Source: an uncultured Spirochaetota bacterium (lineage in GTDB: Bacteria > Spirochaetota > Spirochaetia > SZUA-6 > Fen-1364). From it: 64,000 nucleotides of DNA. The stretch spans positions 416,001 through 480,000 of the forward strand of contig CAWGAA010000002.1 in assembly GCA_963820525.1 (NCBI GenBank). Direction: 5' to 3'. Made by a program: the position numbers and the translations under genes. Under the pieces are notes generated by a model that was not told where the DNA came from, did not search any database, and saw only the letters and a program-made list of their open reading frames with translations. Positions 9,101 through 18,458 of this stretch are shown here, piece by piece. Every line of letters begins with the position of its first letter. Position 1 is the stretch's first letter.

Positions 9101-11749
9101 GAAGTAACCGCGCTGATCGCCTCCGTGAAGAAGCAGATCCCGACGCTCCAGGAGGAGTTTGCCGCGGCGAACCGCCGCGGGCTGGAGGATGCGGCCGCGA
9201 AGGTCGTGGGCACTCTGGAAGAGCGCACCGGGGGCATCCGCGTGGAGATCGGCAGATCGGAAAGCGCCGTCAAGGACTTCGCCGCGTATGTCGCGCGCCT
9301 CGAAGCGCGGCTCTCCCAGAGCGAACAGGAGCGCATCGACCAGCTTGCCAAGACGGTCGATTCGTTCGAGGGAGACCTGAAGAGCAGGCGCGCCGTTCTG
9401 CTCGACCAGTTCCAGGGCGAGATCGGGGACCTCCTGAAGGAGGCGGAGTCCCAGCTCGAGCGCCAGGGCGACGCTCTCCAGCTGGCCGCCAAGCGCGGCG
9501 TAACCCTCGAGGGAGAGGTGTTCGCGCGGCTTCGCGAGACGATCCAGGCGGACGAGGCCGTGCTGGCCAAGGCGATAGAGAAGATCGAGCTTCGCATCCA
9601 GGACTACGAGGGAGAGCTCGACTACCGGTTCAAGAAGCTCGAAGAGGTCGGAGTGGACATCGGTGCCCTGGAGAAAGCACTTCGCGATTCCATGGAGGGC
9701 ACCGCGGCAGGTGTGCGCGAGGATATGAAGGCGCTTTCAGAGCGGCTCGCGGATGAATGGAAGGCGGAGATCGCGGCGGTTCAGGCGGAGAAGGCGAAGC
9801 TTGCCGCTGGATTGAGCGAGCTGGCGGAAGGCCTCTCCAACCTGAAGTCCAGCGCGTACCAGGACGTGTCCCAGAAGCTCCAGGTCTTCGAGGACGAGTT
9901 CTTCACGGACCTCCGCGCCCGGTCCGCCGGGATGCAGGAGAAGATCCAAACCTGGCAGTCCGAGGTTGAGGTCAGGATCGCCGGGATCGCGGGCGCGTAC
10001 GCCGCGGACAGGGAGAAGATCGAGAAGGCCTACCAGGAGGACCTGCGCGCCTCCTTCGAAGGCTACAAGAAAAGCTCGGCGGAAGAGATGGCGCGGGTCG
10101 AGCGTCAGGTCGGCGCTCTGACCGACGGCGTGCGTGAGCGGATCGCCTCCTCCGACGAGTCCCTGGCGGCTCTGCGGGAATCTCTCAAGGAGGAGACGGA
10201 GAAGATACGGCGCGACTCGGCGGCTGTGTTCGAGCGCGAGCTGGCAGTGGTCCGCGACACGGCCGACGCCTCGACCAAGAAGATGCAGCGGGAGATCGAG
10301 CTCAGGCTCAAGGAGCTTTCCTCGGGCATGGAGACGGGCAAAAAGGAGCTGGCCGAGGCGCTGGGGGCCGCCCAGGCAGACCTCACGGTCTGGCAGGGGA
10401 GGGTCCGCCAGCAGCTCTCCGAGGCCGAAGCGCAGCTCAGCGACAGGATCGCGGCACTCGCCTCGGATGCAGAGAACTCCATCGGGAACATCCACGACGA
10501 TTTCGAGGCCCAGAAGGGCGAGCTCGTCATCGCATCCAACTCTGAGCGGATGGCGCTGCGCAACGAGATCGACGGCCTCTCCGGCAGGCTGGCCGCGTTC
10601 CAGACCGAGCTAGCCAACACGACCGCCGTGGCGGTGGACGCGCTGCACAAGGAGCTGGAAGGCTTCCAGCTGGAAAGCCAGAAGGGCATGCGCGACGTTC
10701 AGACCGACGTGGAGGGAAGGATCAAGGAGTTCAAGGTCCTGCTCACCGAAAACCGCGAGAAGGCGGAGACAATGCAGGAGAAGCTCTTCGGCAAGATCGA
10801 GGAGAGCTACCGGCTGCTCACGGTGAACCTGGCGGAGATCGACAAGCGGGTGAAGGGCTTCGTGTCCCAGACCAAGATCTTCGAGCGCGCGGATTCCTAC
10901 AAGCTCTCGCTGGAGACGGGCATCGAGGAGATGAAGAAGGAGCTGGCCAAGCTTTCCGCGGAGAAGGCGGAGCTCACCGACATGGAGGTGCAGCTCTCCA
11001 AGACCAGGCGCACCGCCGAGGAGGTATCGGTGAAGCTCAACCGGTTCCTTTCGGAGAAACGCCGCATCGAGGATATCGACGGGGAGTTCAAGAAGATCAT
11101 CACCCTGTCTCGTGACGTGGACCTCAAGCTGGACACCCTGTCCACCAGCAACGATTCTCTCCAGCAGATCCAGGCCAAGATCCGCCAGTTCGAGGAGATG
11201 GGCAGGGAGGTGGAAAGCGGGGTGGAGAGGCTGGAGAAGAAGCAGGAAATCATCAGCGTGACCTCGGACGGGGTGGACAAGAACTTCCAGAAGCTGGAGA
11301 ACCTCGAGAAGGTCCTCTCCTCCGCGGGCAAGGAAGCGGAGAACCTCTCCCTCAAGGTCTCCTCGCTCAAGGCGGAGCTGGAGACCCTGGCCGTAAACAA
11401 GAAGGACGCGGATTCCGTTCTCCAGACAATCGGGCATCTCGGCGACATCCTCACGGAGCTCGAAGGCAGGCTCGAGAAGGCGCAGAGCGCCCGTGAATGG
11501 CTGGCAAGGACGGAGACGCGATTCGAGGACATCGGCAAGCAGGCCCAGGAGCAGGTTCGCCTGCTGGAGAGCATCCTGAAGGCGGAGGCGAAAAAGGATA
11601 AAGGGGAGCGCGGAGCTCCGCCGCTGGACAAGAGAGAGACGGTGATAAAGCTCTCGCATCAGGGCTGGTCCGTTCAGGAAATATCCCGCGTCACCCAACT
11701 GTCCCGCGGAGAGGTGGAGCTCATCCTGGAGCTGGCTCCCAAGGTCTAG
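6149..11749 (+). CDS. Giant membrane-anchored coiled-coil protein (spirochaete SpiroCoCo-like), 1866 aa
   Basis: N-terminal TM followed by DRNNRSLEKLKRF, a long E/K/A/Q-rich helical body, and a C-terminal HTH-like motif RETVIKLSHQGWSVQEISRVTQLSRGEVELILE. Confidence 0.8.
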   Translation: MSVFLPGDLIILGIVLVLLLVFRALDRNNRSLEKLKRFSDKIIENLSAFVEEKTTHVKELSTQLSADLQRGAELLAGVHATQADIAARSEGLTGVQQRLESYEHAIAELVAMSARVDQNLKRIRDEGEFVDGMGKRIKDAFAHMAQLEREIPTLRNAIPAAAKLGADAAAARIVEIEKRIAALQGEVASAARQGTDAAAARIVELEKRIAALQGEVASAARQGTDAVSAELSRIEKQIPVLEEKLTKTNRERAAVVSSHIVQLEKQIPAIKGEIGAAVKKEAEAAAARIAELEKRVSGAKSEIAALIKQGAEAASARIVALEKRVSGAQNQIVSLSKQGAASFAAHIERMEKEIPALEEKLAKESRERLAAVSSQIAQLEKQIPAIKGEISGAAKQSVEAVSARVAELAKQVPVIQEQFQAASRASMEKLSSEIAQAVQKTSAELAQLESRLPALEQEMIQEGRQRMDEMAEAGRERVDETASRIAELEKHIPALEGEIEEAARLGVEAAAARITELSKQIPAIQQHLQEASRASLEKITAEMDKRIQAVSSELAQMEQRIPQIEREMAQAGEKRAIEIAEAGRGRVEEIAQAASQRTEEIARSGRERAEEIAARIAGIEKRIPQLEEEMEKAAQQGGQAVSARVAELARQVPVIQEQFQAASRASMDKITVELRQQMDKVSTELSQIEERLPLLERETAERGEKRLDEIAGAGRARAEEMAEANRARALEIAARIADMEKRIPELGEEMEKAAQQGGQAVAARVAELARQVPIIQEQLQTVGRTGMEKISAELKGHMDKVSADLARMEERIPLLEGEMLRESSERLEQISEAGLARADELGARLAEIEKRVPELEGEMEKAVKQAGQAVTARVAGLLEQIPALRKEIQETGSKSLEEIKSQIAKMEKDIPIVEEKFAAGSRKRMDAIAARVTEMEKLVPSVKAEIAAAAKKGAEAAGSQIGRLEKEISGIQEKFKAANQKSLEEVTALIASVKKQIPTLQEEFAAANRRGLEDAAAKVVGTLEERTGGIRVEIGRSESAVKDFAAYVARLEARLSQSEQERIDQLAKTVDSFEGDLKSRRAVLLDQFQGEIGDLLKEAESQLERQGDALQLAAKRGVTLEGEVFARLRETIQADEAVLAKAIEKIELRIQDYEGELDYRFKKLEEVGVDIGALEKALRDSMEGTAAGVREDMKALSERLADEWKAEIAAVQAEKAKLAAGLSELAEGLSNLKSSAYQDVSQKLQVFEDEFFTDLRARSAGMQEKIQTWQSEVEVRIAGIAGAYAADREKIEKAYQEDLRASFEGYKKSSAEEMARVERQVGALTDGVRERIASSDESLAALRESLKEETEKIRRDSAAVFERELAVVRDTADASTKKMQREIELRLKELSSGMETGKKELAEALGAAQADLTVWQGRVRQQLSEAEAQLSDRIAALASDAENSIGNIHDDFEAQKGELVIASNSERMALRNEIDGLSGRLAAFQTELANTTAVAVDALHKELEGFQLESQKGMRDVQTDVEGRIKEFKVLLTENREKAETMQEKLFGKIEESYRLLTVNLAEIDKRVKGFVSQTKIFERADSYKLSLETGIEEMKKELAKLSAEKAELTDMEVQLSKTRRTAEEVSVKLNRFLSEKRRIEDIDGEFKKIITLSRDVDLKLDTLSTSNDSLQQIQAKIRQFEEMGREVESGVERLEKKQEIISVTSDGVDKNFQKLENLEKVLSSAGKEAENLSLKVSSLKAELETLAVNKKDADSVLQTIGHLGDILTELEGRLEKAQSAREWLARTETRFEDIGKQAQEQVRLLESILKAEAKKDKGERGAPPLDKRETVIKLSHQGWSVQEISRVTQLSRGEVELILELAPKV
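6647..6827 (+). repeat. 87-bp (29-aa) in-frame tandem duplication
   Basis: GACGCGGCTGCGGCGAGAATCGTCGAG... at 6647 and 6734; unit AAAARIVE(I/L)EKRIAALQGEVASAARQGTD. Confidence 0.9.
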
Positions 11750-11752
11750 TCG

Positions 11753-13045
11753 ATGGGGCGATCTTCCACCGTCGTTCTCGCCGCTTGCGAGGACTACGAT
11801 CCCCAACGGGTGTACTCCGTCGTCTCGCGGTCCCTGGCCGTGCTGGGGCTCGACGCACTTCCCAGAAAAAAGCCCGCGCTCCTGAAGCCGAATCTGCTCC
11901 TCGGAGCTGCGCCGGAGAAGGGCGTGACGACGCATCCCGCGGTTTTTTCCGCCGTGGCCAGGCATCTCCTGGCCAGCGGTTTCAGCGTTGTGTACGGCGA
12001 CTCGCCCAATGGGATGTTCAGGCCGGTCCCCGTAGCCCGGCGATGCGGAATTCTCCCCGCCGCGGAATCCCTGGGCATACCAATGGCGGATTTCGATACG
12101 GGAGAGGATATCAGCTACTCGCGGGGCGCGCAGAACAGGCGCTTCCACGTGGCTCGCGGCGTGCTCGATTCCGGTTTCATGGTCAATCTCCCCAAGCTGA
12201 AGACCCACGCCTTCACCATCATGACGGGGGCGTTGAAGAACACCTTCGGGGTCATCCCCGGCATGCGGAAGGCCGAGTTCCATATCACGAATCCCGACGT
12301 CGAGGGATTCTCCCGGATGCTGGCGGATTTGAACGGCCTGGTCCGCTCACGGCTCGTGGTCATGGACGCGGTTCAAGCAATGGAAGGAAACGGCCCATCG
12401 GGCGGTCGGCTCGTGAACCTCGGGGCGATCATCGTCTCCGAGGACCCGGTGGCGGTGGACGCGGTCGCCTGCCGCCTCATGGGGCTCGATCCTCACGCGG
12501 TGCCGCTGATCCGGATGGCCGAAGAGGCGGGGATCGGCAGAGCGTCGGCCGGAGATATCGAGGTGGTGGGAAGCCTGGCGCCGGACGTGGGGAAGGTATT
12601 CGCCCTGCCCACCAGCGCCCTTGCCGGCGGAAAGGCGCCACGGCTGCTCATGAGATTCGCGAAGCGCCTTGTGGTGCCCAGACCCGTGATCGATGCGCGC
12701 AAGTGCGCCCGATGCGGCCAGTGCGTCGAGGCCTGCCCCGCCAGGCCGAAAGCCCTGGCCATGGATGGCCAAGGCGGGCGGAGCCAAGGAGGGCGGAAGA
12801 CCGCCCTGGCCATGCCAGCGGCGGCTTGCAGAGGGAACCGAGGCAAACGCCGTTTGGGCGGGCGGAGCCAAGGAGGGCGGAAGACCGCCCTGGCCATGGA
12901 ACAAACCTCAGTTCCCCGATATGATTACGGCATCTGCATTCGCTGTTACTGCTGTCAGGAGATCTGTCCCGAAGGGGCCATCTCCGTCACGGTCCCCATT
13001 CTCGGGAGGCTGTTCGAAAAGACTCCCCAAGCCAGGGATGGCTAA
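11753..13045 (+). CDS. DUF362 domain protein with C-terminal 2x[4Fe-4S] ferredoxin domain, carrying a 45-aa insert
   Basis: LLKPNL, TTHP, NLPKLKTH, TGALKNTFG, MEGNGP, DPVAVD; CARCGQCVEACP and CIRCYCCQEICP. Confidence 0.9.
   Translation: MGRSSTVVLAACEDYDPQRVYSVVSRSLAVLGLDALPRKKPALLKPNLLLGAAPEKGVTTHPAVFSAVARHLLASGFSVVYGDSPNGMFRPVPVARRCGILPAAESLGIPMADFDTGEDISYSRGAQNRRFHVARGVLDSGFMVNLPKLKTHAFTIMTGALKNTFGVIPGMRKAEFHITNPDVEGFSRMLADLNGLVRSRLVVMDAVQAMEGNGPSGGRLVNLGAIIVSEDPVAVDAVACRLMGLDPHAVPLIRMAEEAGIGRASAGDIEVVGSLAPDVGKVFALPTSALAGGKAPRLLMRFAKRLVVPRPVIDARKCARCGQCVEACPARPKALAMDGQGGRSQGGRKTALAMPAAACRGNRGKRRLGGRSQGGRKTALAMEQTSVPRYDYGICIRCYCCQEICPEGAISVTVPILGRLFEKTPQARDG
12752..12900. repeat. Palindromic repeat element inserted in frame (135 bp between 14-bp direct repeats)
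   Basis: GCCCTGGCCATGGA at 12752-12765 and 12887-12900; identical 42-bp units at 12773-12814 and 12857-12898. Confidence 0.85.
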
Positions 13046-13166
13046 GGCGGGCCAGCGGCGGCTTGCCGAGGGAAGCGAGGCAAGCCGCCGCTTGGGAAGG
13101 CGGCAGACCGCCCTGGCCAGGGAGGGCCGAGGAGGGCGGAGCCACGGAAGGCGGCAGGCCGCCTGA
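13031..13166. repeat. Second, rearranged copy of the same repeat family (intergenic)
   Basis: Begins GCCAGGGATGGCTAAGGCGGG (compare GCCATGGATGGCCAAGGCGGG at 12758); perfect 13-bp stem GCGGCGGCTTGCC/GGCAAGCCGCCGC; AGACCGCCCTGGCCA module. Confidence 0.8.
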
Positions 13167-13181
13167 CACGGAGGAGAGAGC

Positions 13182-14546
13182 ATGGCCATTCGCATCGATT
13201 TCAGAAGGATGATTCCGCCTCTCGAGATGGAGAGGGTGCAATCCTACGCCGGGAGAATAGAGGAGATTCACGACGGGCTCGCGGCGAGGCGCAAGGCGGG
13301 GAAGCTTCCCTTCTACGATCTGCCCTACCAGGACGTTTCCGCGATCGAGAAGTACGCCGCGCGGATGCGCGGAGGATTCAAGAACCTTGTGGTCCTGGGA
13401 ATCGGCGGATCGGCCCTGGGCCTCTCTTCTCTGAACGCCGCCCTGAGGACCCCCTTTCCCGCCCTGGAAAAGGAGCCGCGGCTGGTCGTGCTGGACAACA
13501 TCGATCCCCTACGGATCGGCTCCTTTCTCGATGCCCTCGATCCGAAGGAGACCCTTCTCAATGTGATCACGAAGTCGGGGGATACGGCGGAAACCATGTC
13601 CCAATTCCTCATTTTCAGGAAATGGCTCACAGACTCGCTCGGCGCGGCGAAAGCCCGGGAGAGGATCGTCGCCACCACGGACGCGAAAAAGGGCGCCCTT
13701 CGCAAAATCGCCGACGAGGAGAGACTCGAGACCTTCGTGGTTCCCGATGGAGTCGGCGGAAGATTCTCCGTTCTCACCCCCGTGGGGCTCCTCCCCGCGG
13801 CGCTCCTGGGAATCGACATCCGGGGCCTCCTGGCCGGAGCGGCCGTCATGGACAAGCGGCTCGCCAACCGCCGGCTCATGGAGAACCCCGCCTACGCGGG
13901 CGCCGCCATGAATCATATCTCCTACCTCGACGGACGGAGGATCTCCGTCATGTTTTCCTACTCGGACCAGCTCTACCTCCTCGCCGACTGGTACCGCCAG
14001 CTCTGGGCCGAGAGCCTGGGAAAGCGCTTCCGCCTCGATGGGAGCATCGCCCCCGTCGGCCCGACGCCGGTGAAGGCCCTCGGCGTGACCGACCAGCATT
14101 CTCAGGTCCAGCTCTATAAGGAAGGGCCCGAAGACAAGGTATACACGTTCCTGACGGTTGAGAGCTTCGCCCGTTCGATCCCGATCCCGTCGCTGGGCGG
14201 ATCCGCAACCATGGACGCCGTCTCGTATCTCGGCGGCCACACGATGAACGAGCTCCTGGCCGCCGAAGAGCAGGCCACCGAAGCGGCCCTCTGGAGAGCC
14301 GGCAGACCCGTCACGCGGATCTCCTTCCCCCAGGTGGACGCCGGAGGCGTTGCTGAGTATTTCTATCTCATGGAGGTGCAGACCGTCGCGGCCGGAGCCC
14401 TGATGGGGATCGATCCTCTCGACCAGCCCGGCGTGGAAGAGGGAAAGCACTTCGCATACGGGCTCATGGGGCGGAAAGGCTATGAAGAGAAGAGGAAGGA
14501 GCTGGAAGGCCTCGGCTCCGGATCCCCCGGCCTCCTGTTCGGGTGA
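13182..14546 (+). CDS. pgi: Glucose-6-phosphate isomerase
   Basis: LGIGGSALG, TKSGDTAET, VGGRFSVLT, QLWAESLGK, DQHSQVQL, DQPGVEEGK. Confidence 0.96.
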   Translation: MAIRIDFRRMIPPLEMERVQSYAGRIEEIHDGLAARRKAGKLPFYDLPYQDVSAIEKYAARMRGGFKNLVVLGIGGSALGLSSLNAALRTPFPALEKEPRLVVLDNIDPLRIGSFLDALDPKETLLNVITKSGDTAETMSQFLIFRKWLTDSLGAAKARERIVATTDAKKGALRKIADEERLETFVVPDGVGGRFSVLTPVGLLPAALLGIDIRGLLAGAAVMDKRLANRRLMENPAYAGAAMNHISYLDGRRISVMFSYSDQLYLLADWYRQLWAESLGKRFRLDGSIAPVGPTPVKALGVTDQHSQVQLYKEGPEDKVYTFLTVESFARSIPIPSLGGSATMDAVSYLGGHTMNELLAAEEQATEAALWRAGRPVTRISFPQVDAGGVAEYFYLMEVQTVAAGALMGIDPLDQPGVEEGKHFAYGLMGRKGYEEKRKELEGLGSGSPGLLFG

Positions 14547-14558
14547 GGCTGAAAATAC

Positions 14559-14588
14559 TTGACCTGAATTGCGGGAACTTATTATGTT
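14559..14588 (+). promoter_or_regulatory. Probable promoter of grpE-dnaK-dnaJ
   Basis: TTGACC at 14559 with TATTAT/TATGTT 15-18 nt downstream in an AT-rich gap. Confidence 0.45.
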
Positions 14589-14621
14589 AAGGGCATCCAG
14601 TTCACTCGTTAGGCGGTTCAA

Positions 14622-15356
14622 ATGGCGAAGAAGAAAGAGCGGCTAGAGGAGGACTCTGCCCTCCCGGAGGGTGAAAAAACCCCATCCCCGGGGGCGGCAT
14701 CCTCGTCGGCGCCGGAGCGGAACAATCCACCCGCGGAGGGAGCGGCCGGACAGGCGGCGGGTGGTGCGGGGCAGCAGGCCCCGCCCGAGAGCCGGATCAA
14801 GGCGCTGGAAGCGGAGGCCTCCGATCTGAAGGACAAGCTCCTCAGGAAGCAGGCGGATTTCGAGAACTTCAGAAAGCGCATGTTTCGGGAGCGTGACGAG
14901 GCCGCCCGCTACGCCAACGCGGCTCTCCTTTCCGACATCATCGGGGTCATCGACGATTTCGAGAGAGCGATCCGCTCGGCGGAAGAATCGAAGGATTTCG
15001 CGTTGTTTCTCACCGGCGTCTCGATGATCGAGAAGCACCTGGTCGAGATCCTGGAAACCCGGTGGGGGCTGAAGCGCTTCGCCTCCGTGGGGGAGAGCTT
15101 CGATCCGAACAAGCATGAAGCCGTCCTGCGGGTCGAGGGCCCGGCGAACGCCAAGCCGACGGTTGTGGAAGACTATCAGAAGGGCTACTTCCTGCACGAA
15201 AGGGTGCTGCGCCCCGCCAAGGTCAAGGTCATGGTTCCCGCATCCGCACCGGGGGGAGATTCCCCGCCGGGGGGAAATGGGGCGGACGCCCCGGACCCCT
15301 CGTCCCGGACACGGCCCCCGGAAGAAACCGGCTCCCCGCGTCAGGGCGACGGGTAA
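14622..15356 (+). CDS. grpE: Nucleotide exchange factor GrpE
   Basis: RKQADFENFRKR, DDFERA, FDPNKHEAV, QKGY..RVLRPAKVKV. Confidence 0.97.
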   Translation: MAKKKERLEEDSALPEGEKTPSPGAASSSAPERNNPPAEGAAGQAAGGAGQQAPPESRIKALEAEASDLKDKLLRKQADFENFRKRMFRERDEAARYANAALLSDIIGVIDDFERAIRSAEESKDFALFLTGVSMIEKHLVEILETRWGLKRFASVGESFDPNKHEAVLRVEGPANAKPTVVEDYQKGYFLHERVLRPAKVKVMVPASAPGGDSPPGGNGADAPDPSSRTRPPEETGSPRQGDG

Positions 15357-15368
15357 GGAGCGCGGGCC

Positions 15369-17300
15369 ATGGGTAAGATAATCGGCATCGACCTGGGTAC
15401 CACAAACTCCTGCGTGGCCATCATGGAAGGCGGCCAGCCCATCGTGATCCAGAACTCCGAAGGACAGCGCACGACTCCGTCGATCGTCGCGTTTACCGAC
15501 AAGGGTGAACGGCTTGTCGGGCAGCCGGCCAAGAACCAGATGATCACCAATCCGGAGTACACAGTCTACTCGATCAAGCGCTTCATGGGCCGCCGCACCA
15601 ATGAAGTGCAGGAGGAGATCCGCCGCGTTCCCTTTGCCGTGGTGGACGCGGGAAACGACGTGCGCGTCCAGATCAGGGACAGCCTCTTCTCCGCGCCGGA
15701 GATCTCCGCCGCGATACTCCAGAAGATGAAGAAAACGGCGGAGGACTACCTCGGAGAGACGGTCACGGATGCCGTCATCACGGTGCCGGCGTACTTCAAC
15801 GATGCGCAGCGCCAGGCCACCAAAGACGCGGGACGCATCGCGGGATTGGAAGTGAAGCGGATCGTCAATGAGCCCACCGCGGCGGCGCTGGCCTACGGGC
15901 TGGACAAGGGCGGCAGGGAAGAGACGATCGCCGTCTACGACCTCGGGGGTGGTACCTTCGATATATCGATCCTCGAGCTTGGAGACGGCGTTTTCGAGGT
16001 GAAATCCACCAACGGCGACACGCACCTCGGGGGGGACGATTTCGACCAGCGGATAATCGACTGGCTCGTGGCGGAGTTCAAGAAGGAAACGGGCCTCGAT
16101 CTGTCGAGGGACAGGATGGCGATGCAGAGGCTCAAAGAGGCGTCTGAGAAGGCCAAGATCGAGCTTTCCAGCGCCCAGGAAACCTCGATCAACCTGCCCT
16201 TCATCACGGCCGACGCGTCGGGCCCCAAGCATCTCACCTACTCCCTCACCCGGGCGAAGCTCGAGCAGCTCATCGGCGACCTCATCGAGAAGACCCGGGA
16301 TCCCTGCCGTCAGGCCTTGAAGGACGCCTCCTTGAGCCCGCGGGATATCGACCACGTGATCCTCGTGGGCGGCTCGACGCGGATTCCCGCGGTGCAGGCG
16401 ATCGTGAAGGACATCTTCGGCAAGGACGGAAGCAAGGCGGTCAACCCCGACGAGGTGGTGGCCGTGGGAGCCGCCATCCAGGGCGGGATCCTGGGCGGGG
16501 ACGTCAAGGACGTGCTCCTGCTCGACGTCACCCCGCTGTCTCTGGGAATAGAGACCCTGGGCGGCGTGTTCACCAAGCTCATCGAGCGCAATACCACCAT
16601 CCCGACGAGGAAGAGCCAGATATTCTCCACGGCATCAGACAACCAGACCGCCGTTTCCATCCACGTCCTTCAGGGCGAGCGGGAGATGGCGAGCCAGAAC
16701 CGCACGCTGGGACGCTTCGACCTGGTGGGAATTCCACCCGCCGCACGCGGGGTTCCCCAGATCGAGGTGACCTTCGACATCGACGCCAACGGAATCGTTC
16801 ATGTCTCCGCCAAGGACCTGGGGACGGGAAAGGAGCAGAAGATCCGAATCGAATCCTCTTCCGGGCTGTCCGAGGAGGAGATAAAGCGGATGGTCAAGGA
16901 TGCCGAGGCGCACGCGGCAGAGGACAGGGTGGAGCGTGAGCTCGCCGAGGTGAGAAACGAGGCGGACAGCCTCATGTACTCGACGGAAAAGTCTCTTCGA
17001 GACCTGGGCTCAAAGGTACGCGAATCCGACCGGCGCGCCGCGGAGTCCGCCATCCGGGAGCTCGGCGCGGCCATGAGCTCAGGCGACGCGCACCTCATCA
17101 AGGCCAAGACGGACGCCCTGAAGCAGATCGCCTTCCGCCTCGCGGAGGAGGTCTATAGAAGCGGTTCCTCTTCAGCCCAGGCCGAAGCTTCCCCGGGCGC
17201 CGGCCCATCCACGAACGGCGCCAAGGATGCGTCCCACGCGAAGGCCCGGACGGAAGACGTCGACTACGAGGTCGTGGACGACGAGAAGCAGCAGAAGTAA
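15369..17300 (+). CDS. dnaK: Chaperone DnaK
   Basis: [52 protein letters not shown]. Confidence 0.99.
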   Translation: MGKIIGIDLGTTNSCVAIMEGGQPIVIQNSEGQRTTPSIVAFTDKGERLVGQPAKNQMITNPEYTVYSIKRFMGRRTNEVQEEIRRVPFAVVDAGNDVRVQIRDSLFSAPEISAAILQKMKKTAEDYLGETVTDAVITVPAYFNDAQRQATKDAGRIAGLEVKRIVNEPTAAALAYGLDKGGREETIAVYDLGGGTFDISILELGDGVFEVKSTNGDTHLGGDDFDQRIIDWLVAEFKKETGLDLSRDRMAMQRLKEASEKAKIELSSAQETSINLPFITADASGPKHLTYSLTRAKLEQLIGDLIEKTRDPCRQALKDASLSPRDIDHVILVGGSTRIPAVQAIVKDIFGKDGSKAVNPDEVVAVGAAIQGGILGGDVKDVLLLDVTPLSLGIETLGGVFTKLIERNTTIPTRKSQIFSTASDNQTAVSIHVLQGEREMASQNRTLGRFDLVGIPPAARGVPQIEVTFDIDANGIVHVSAKDLGTGKEQKIRIESSSGLSEEEIKRMVKDAEAHAAEDRVERELAEVRNEADSLMYSTEKSLRDLGSKVRESDRRAAESAIRELGAAMSSGDAHLIKAKTDALKQIAFRLAEEVYRSGSSSAQAEASPGAGPSTNGAKDASHAKARTEDVDYEVVDDEKQQK

Positions 17301-17303
17301 TTC

Positions 17304-18437
17304 ATGGCCAAGAGGGATTATTACCAGGTCCTCGGGGTCGCCAAGGGGGCGTCCAAGGACGAGATTAAAAAAGCATACCGCAAGCTGGCAATCCAGCACC
17401 ATCCCGACCGCAACCCGGGGAGCAAGGACGCGGAGGAGAGGTTCAAGGAGGCCACCGAGGCCTACGAGGTGCTGGCGGACGAAAGGAAACGCACCGCCTA
17501 CGACCAGTACGGCTTCGCGGGCGTGGCCGGCATGGGAGGCCCGACTCCCGAGGGGTTCTCGACGATTTTCCGCGACTTCGAGGACATCTTCGGGGACTTC
17601 AGCGGCTTCTTCGATTCATTCTTCGGCGGCGGCTCGCGCACCCGCAGGTCCGGCAGGGGCGGCTACGGCCAGCGGGGGAGCGACCTGCGCTATGACCTGG
17701 AGGTCTCCTTCCTCGATGCCGCCTTCGGATCCAAGGTCGACATCACCTACGGCAGGGCAGAGCAGTGCGAGGCATGCCGGGGCAGCGGAGCCGACAAGGG
17801 CAGCGGCCGCAGGCTGTGTCCGACCTGCGGCGGCTCAGGCCAGGTCCGGCGCAACTCGGGTTTCTTTTCGATAGCCTCGACCTGTCCCACCTGCGGCGGA
17901 GAGGGCGAGGTGATCGAGCATCCCTGCGCCGAATGCCGGGGCAGCGGGGTTGCCAAGCGGACTCGAACCGTCAAGGTCACCATCCCCGCCGGGATCGAGG
18001 ACGGAAAGCGCCTCAGCCTGTCCGGCCAGGGGGATGCCGGCCCCAACGGCGGCGCGGCGGGAGACCTGTACGTCTTCATCCGCGTGAAGCCCCACCCCTA
18101 TTTCGAGCGCGACGGCTCGGATATCTATTGCGCGGTTCCCGTCTCCATCACGCAGGCCACCCTGGGCGCGGAGATCGTCGTGCCCTCACTCGACGAGAAA
18201 TCGATGCGCGTCACCGTTCCCCCCGGCACTCAGAACGGGAAGATGCTCCGCCTGCGGGGCGAGGGGCTGCCGGAGCTGCACAATCCATCGCGCCGGGGCG
18301 ACATGTACATCAAGCTCATCGTGAAGGTGCCCACCAAGCTCAGCGCGCGCGCCAAGGAGCTCTTGAAGGAGTTCTCCAGCGTGAGCGGCGAGGAGAAGAA
18401 TCCCAAACCCATTCCCTTGTCCGAGTTGAAGGAATGA
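17304..18437 (+). CDS. dnaJ: Chaperone DnaJ
   Basis: J-domain HPD, G/F region, four CxxCxGxG repeats. Confidence 0.99.
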   Translation: MAKRDYYQVLGVAKGASKDEIKKAYRKLAIQHHPDRNPGSKDAEERFKEATEAYEVLADERKRTAYDQYGFAGVAGMGGPTPEGFSTIFRDFEDIFGDFSGFFDSFFGGGSRTRRSGRGGYGQRGSDLRYDLEVSFLDAAFGSKVDITYGRAEQCEACRGSGADKGSGRRLCPTCGGSGQVRRNSGFFSIASTCPTCGGEGEVIEHPCAECRGSGVAKRTRTVKVTIPAGIEDGKRLSLSGQGDAGPNGGAAGDLYVFIRVKPHPYFERDGSDIYCAVPVSITQATLGAEIVVPSLDEKSMRVTVPPGTQNGKMLRLRGEGLPELHNPSRRGDMYIKLIVKVPTKLSARAKELLKEFSSVSGEEKNPKPIPLSELKE

Positions 18438-18458
18438 TCTAAGATTCCCCCAGGAAAA

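Noticed and set aside
12752..13166. CRISPR array
   Set aside because: Only two identical units, the intervening sequences are themselves repeats, and no cas genes are present.
14547..14621. CIRCE operator upstream of grpE-dnaK
   Set aside because: No TTAGCACTC-N9-GAGTGCTAA match; only a partial CACTC, and no hrcA in the window.
7700..16355. Long antisense ORFs (e.g. 7720..9597, 10610..12283, 14643..16355)
   Set aside because: Expected shadows of high-GC coding strands opposite well-supported genes.
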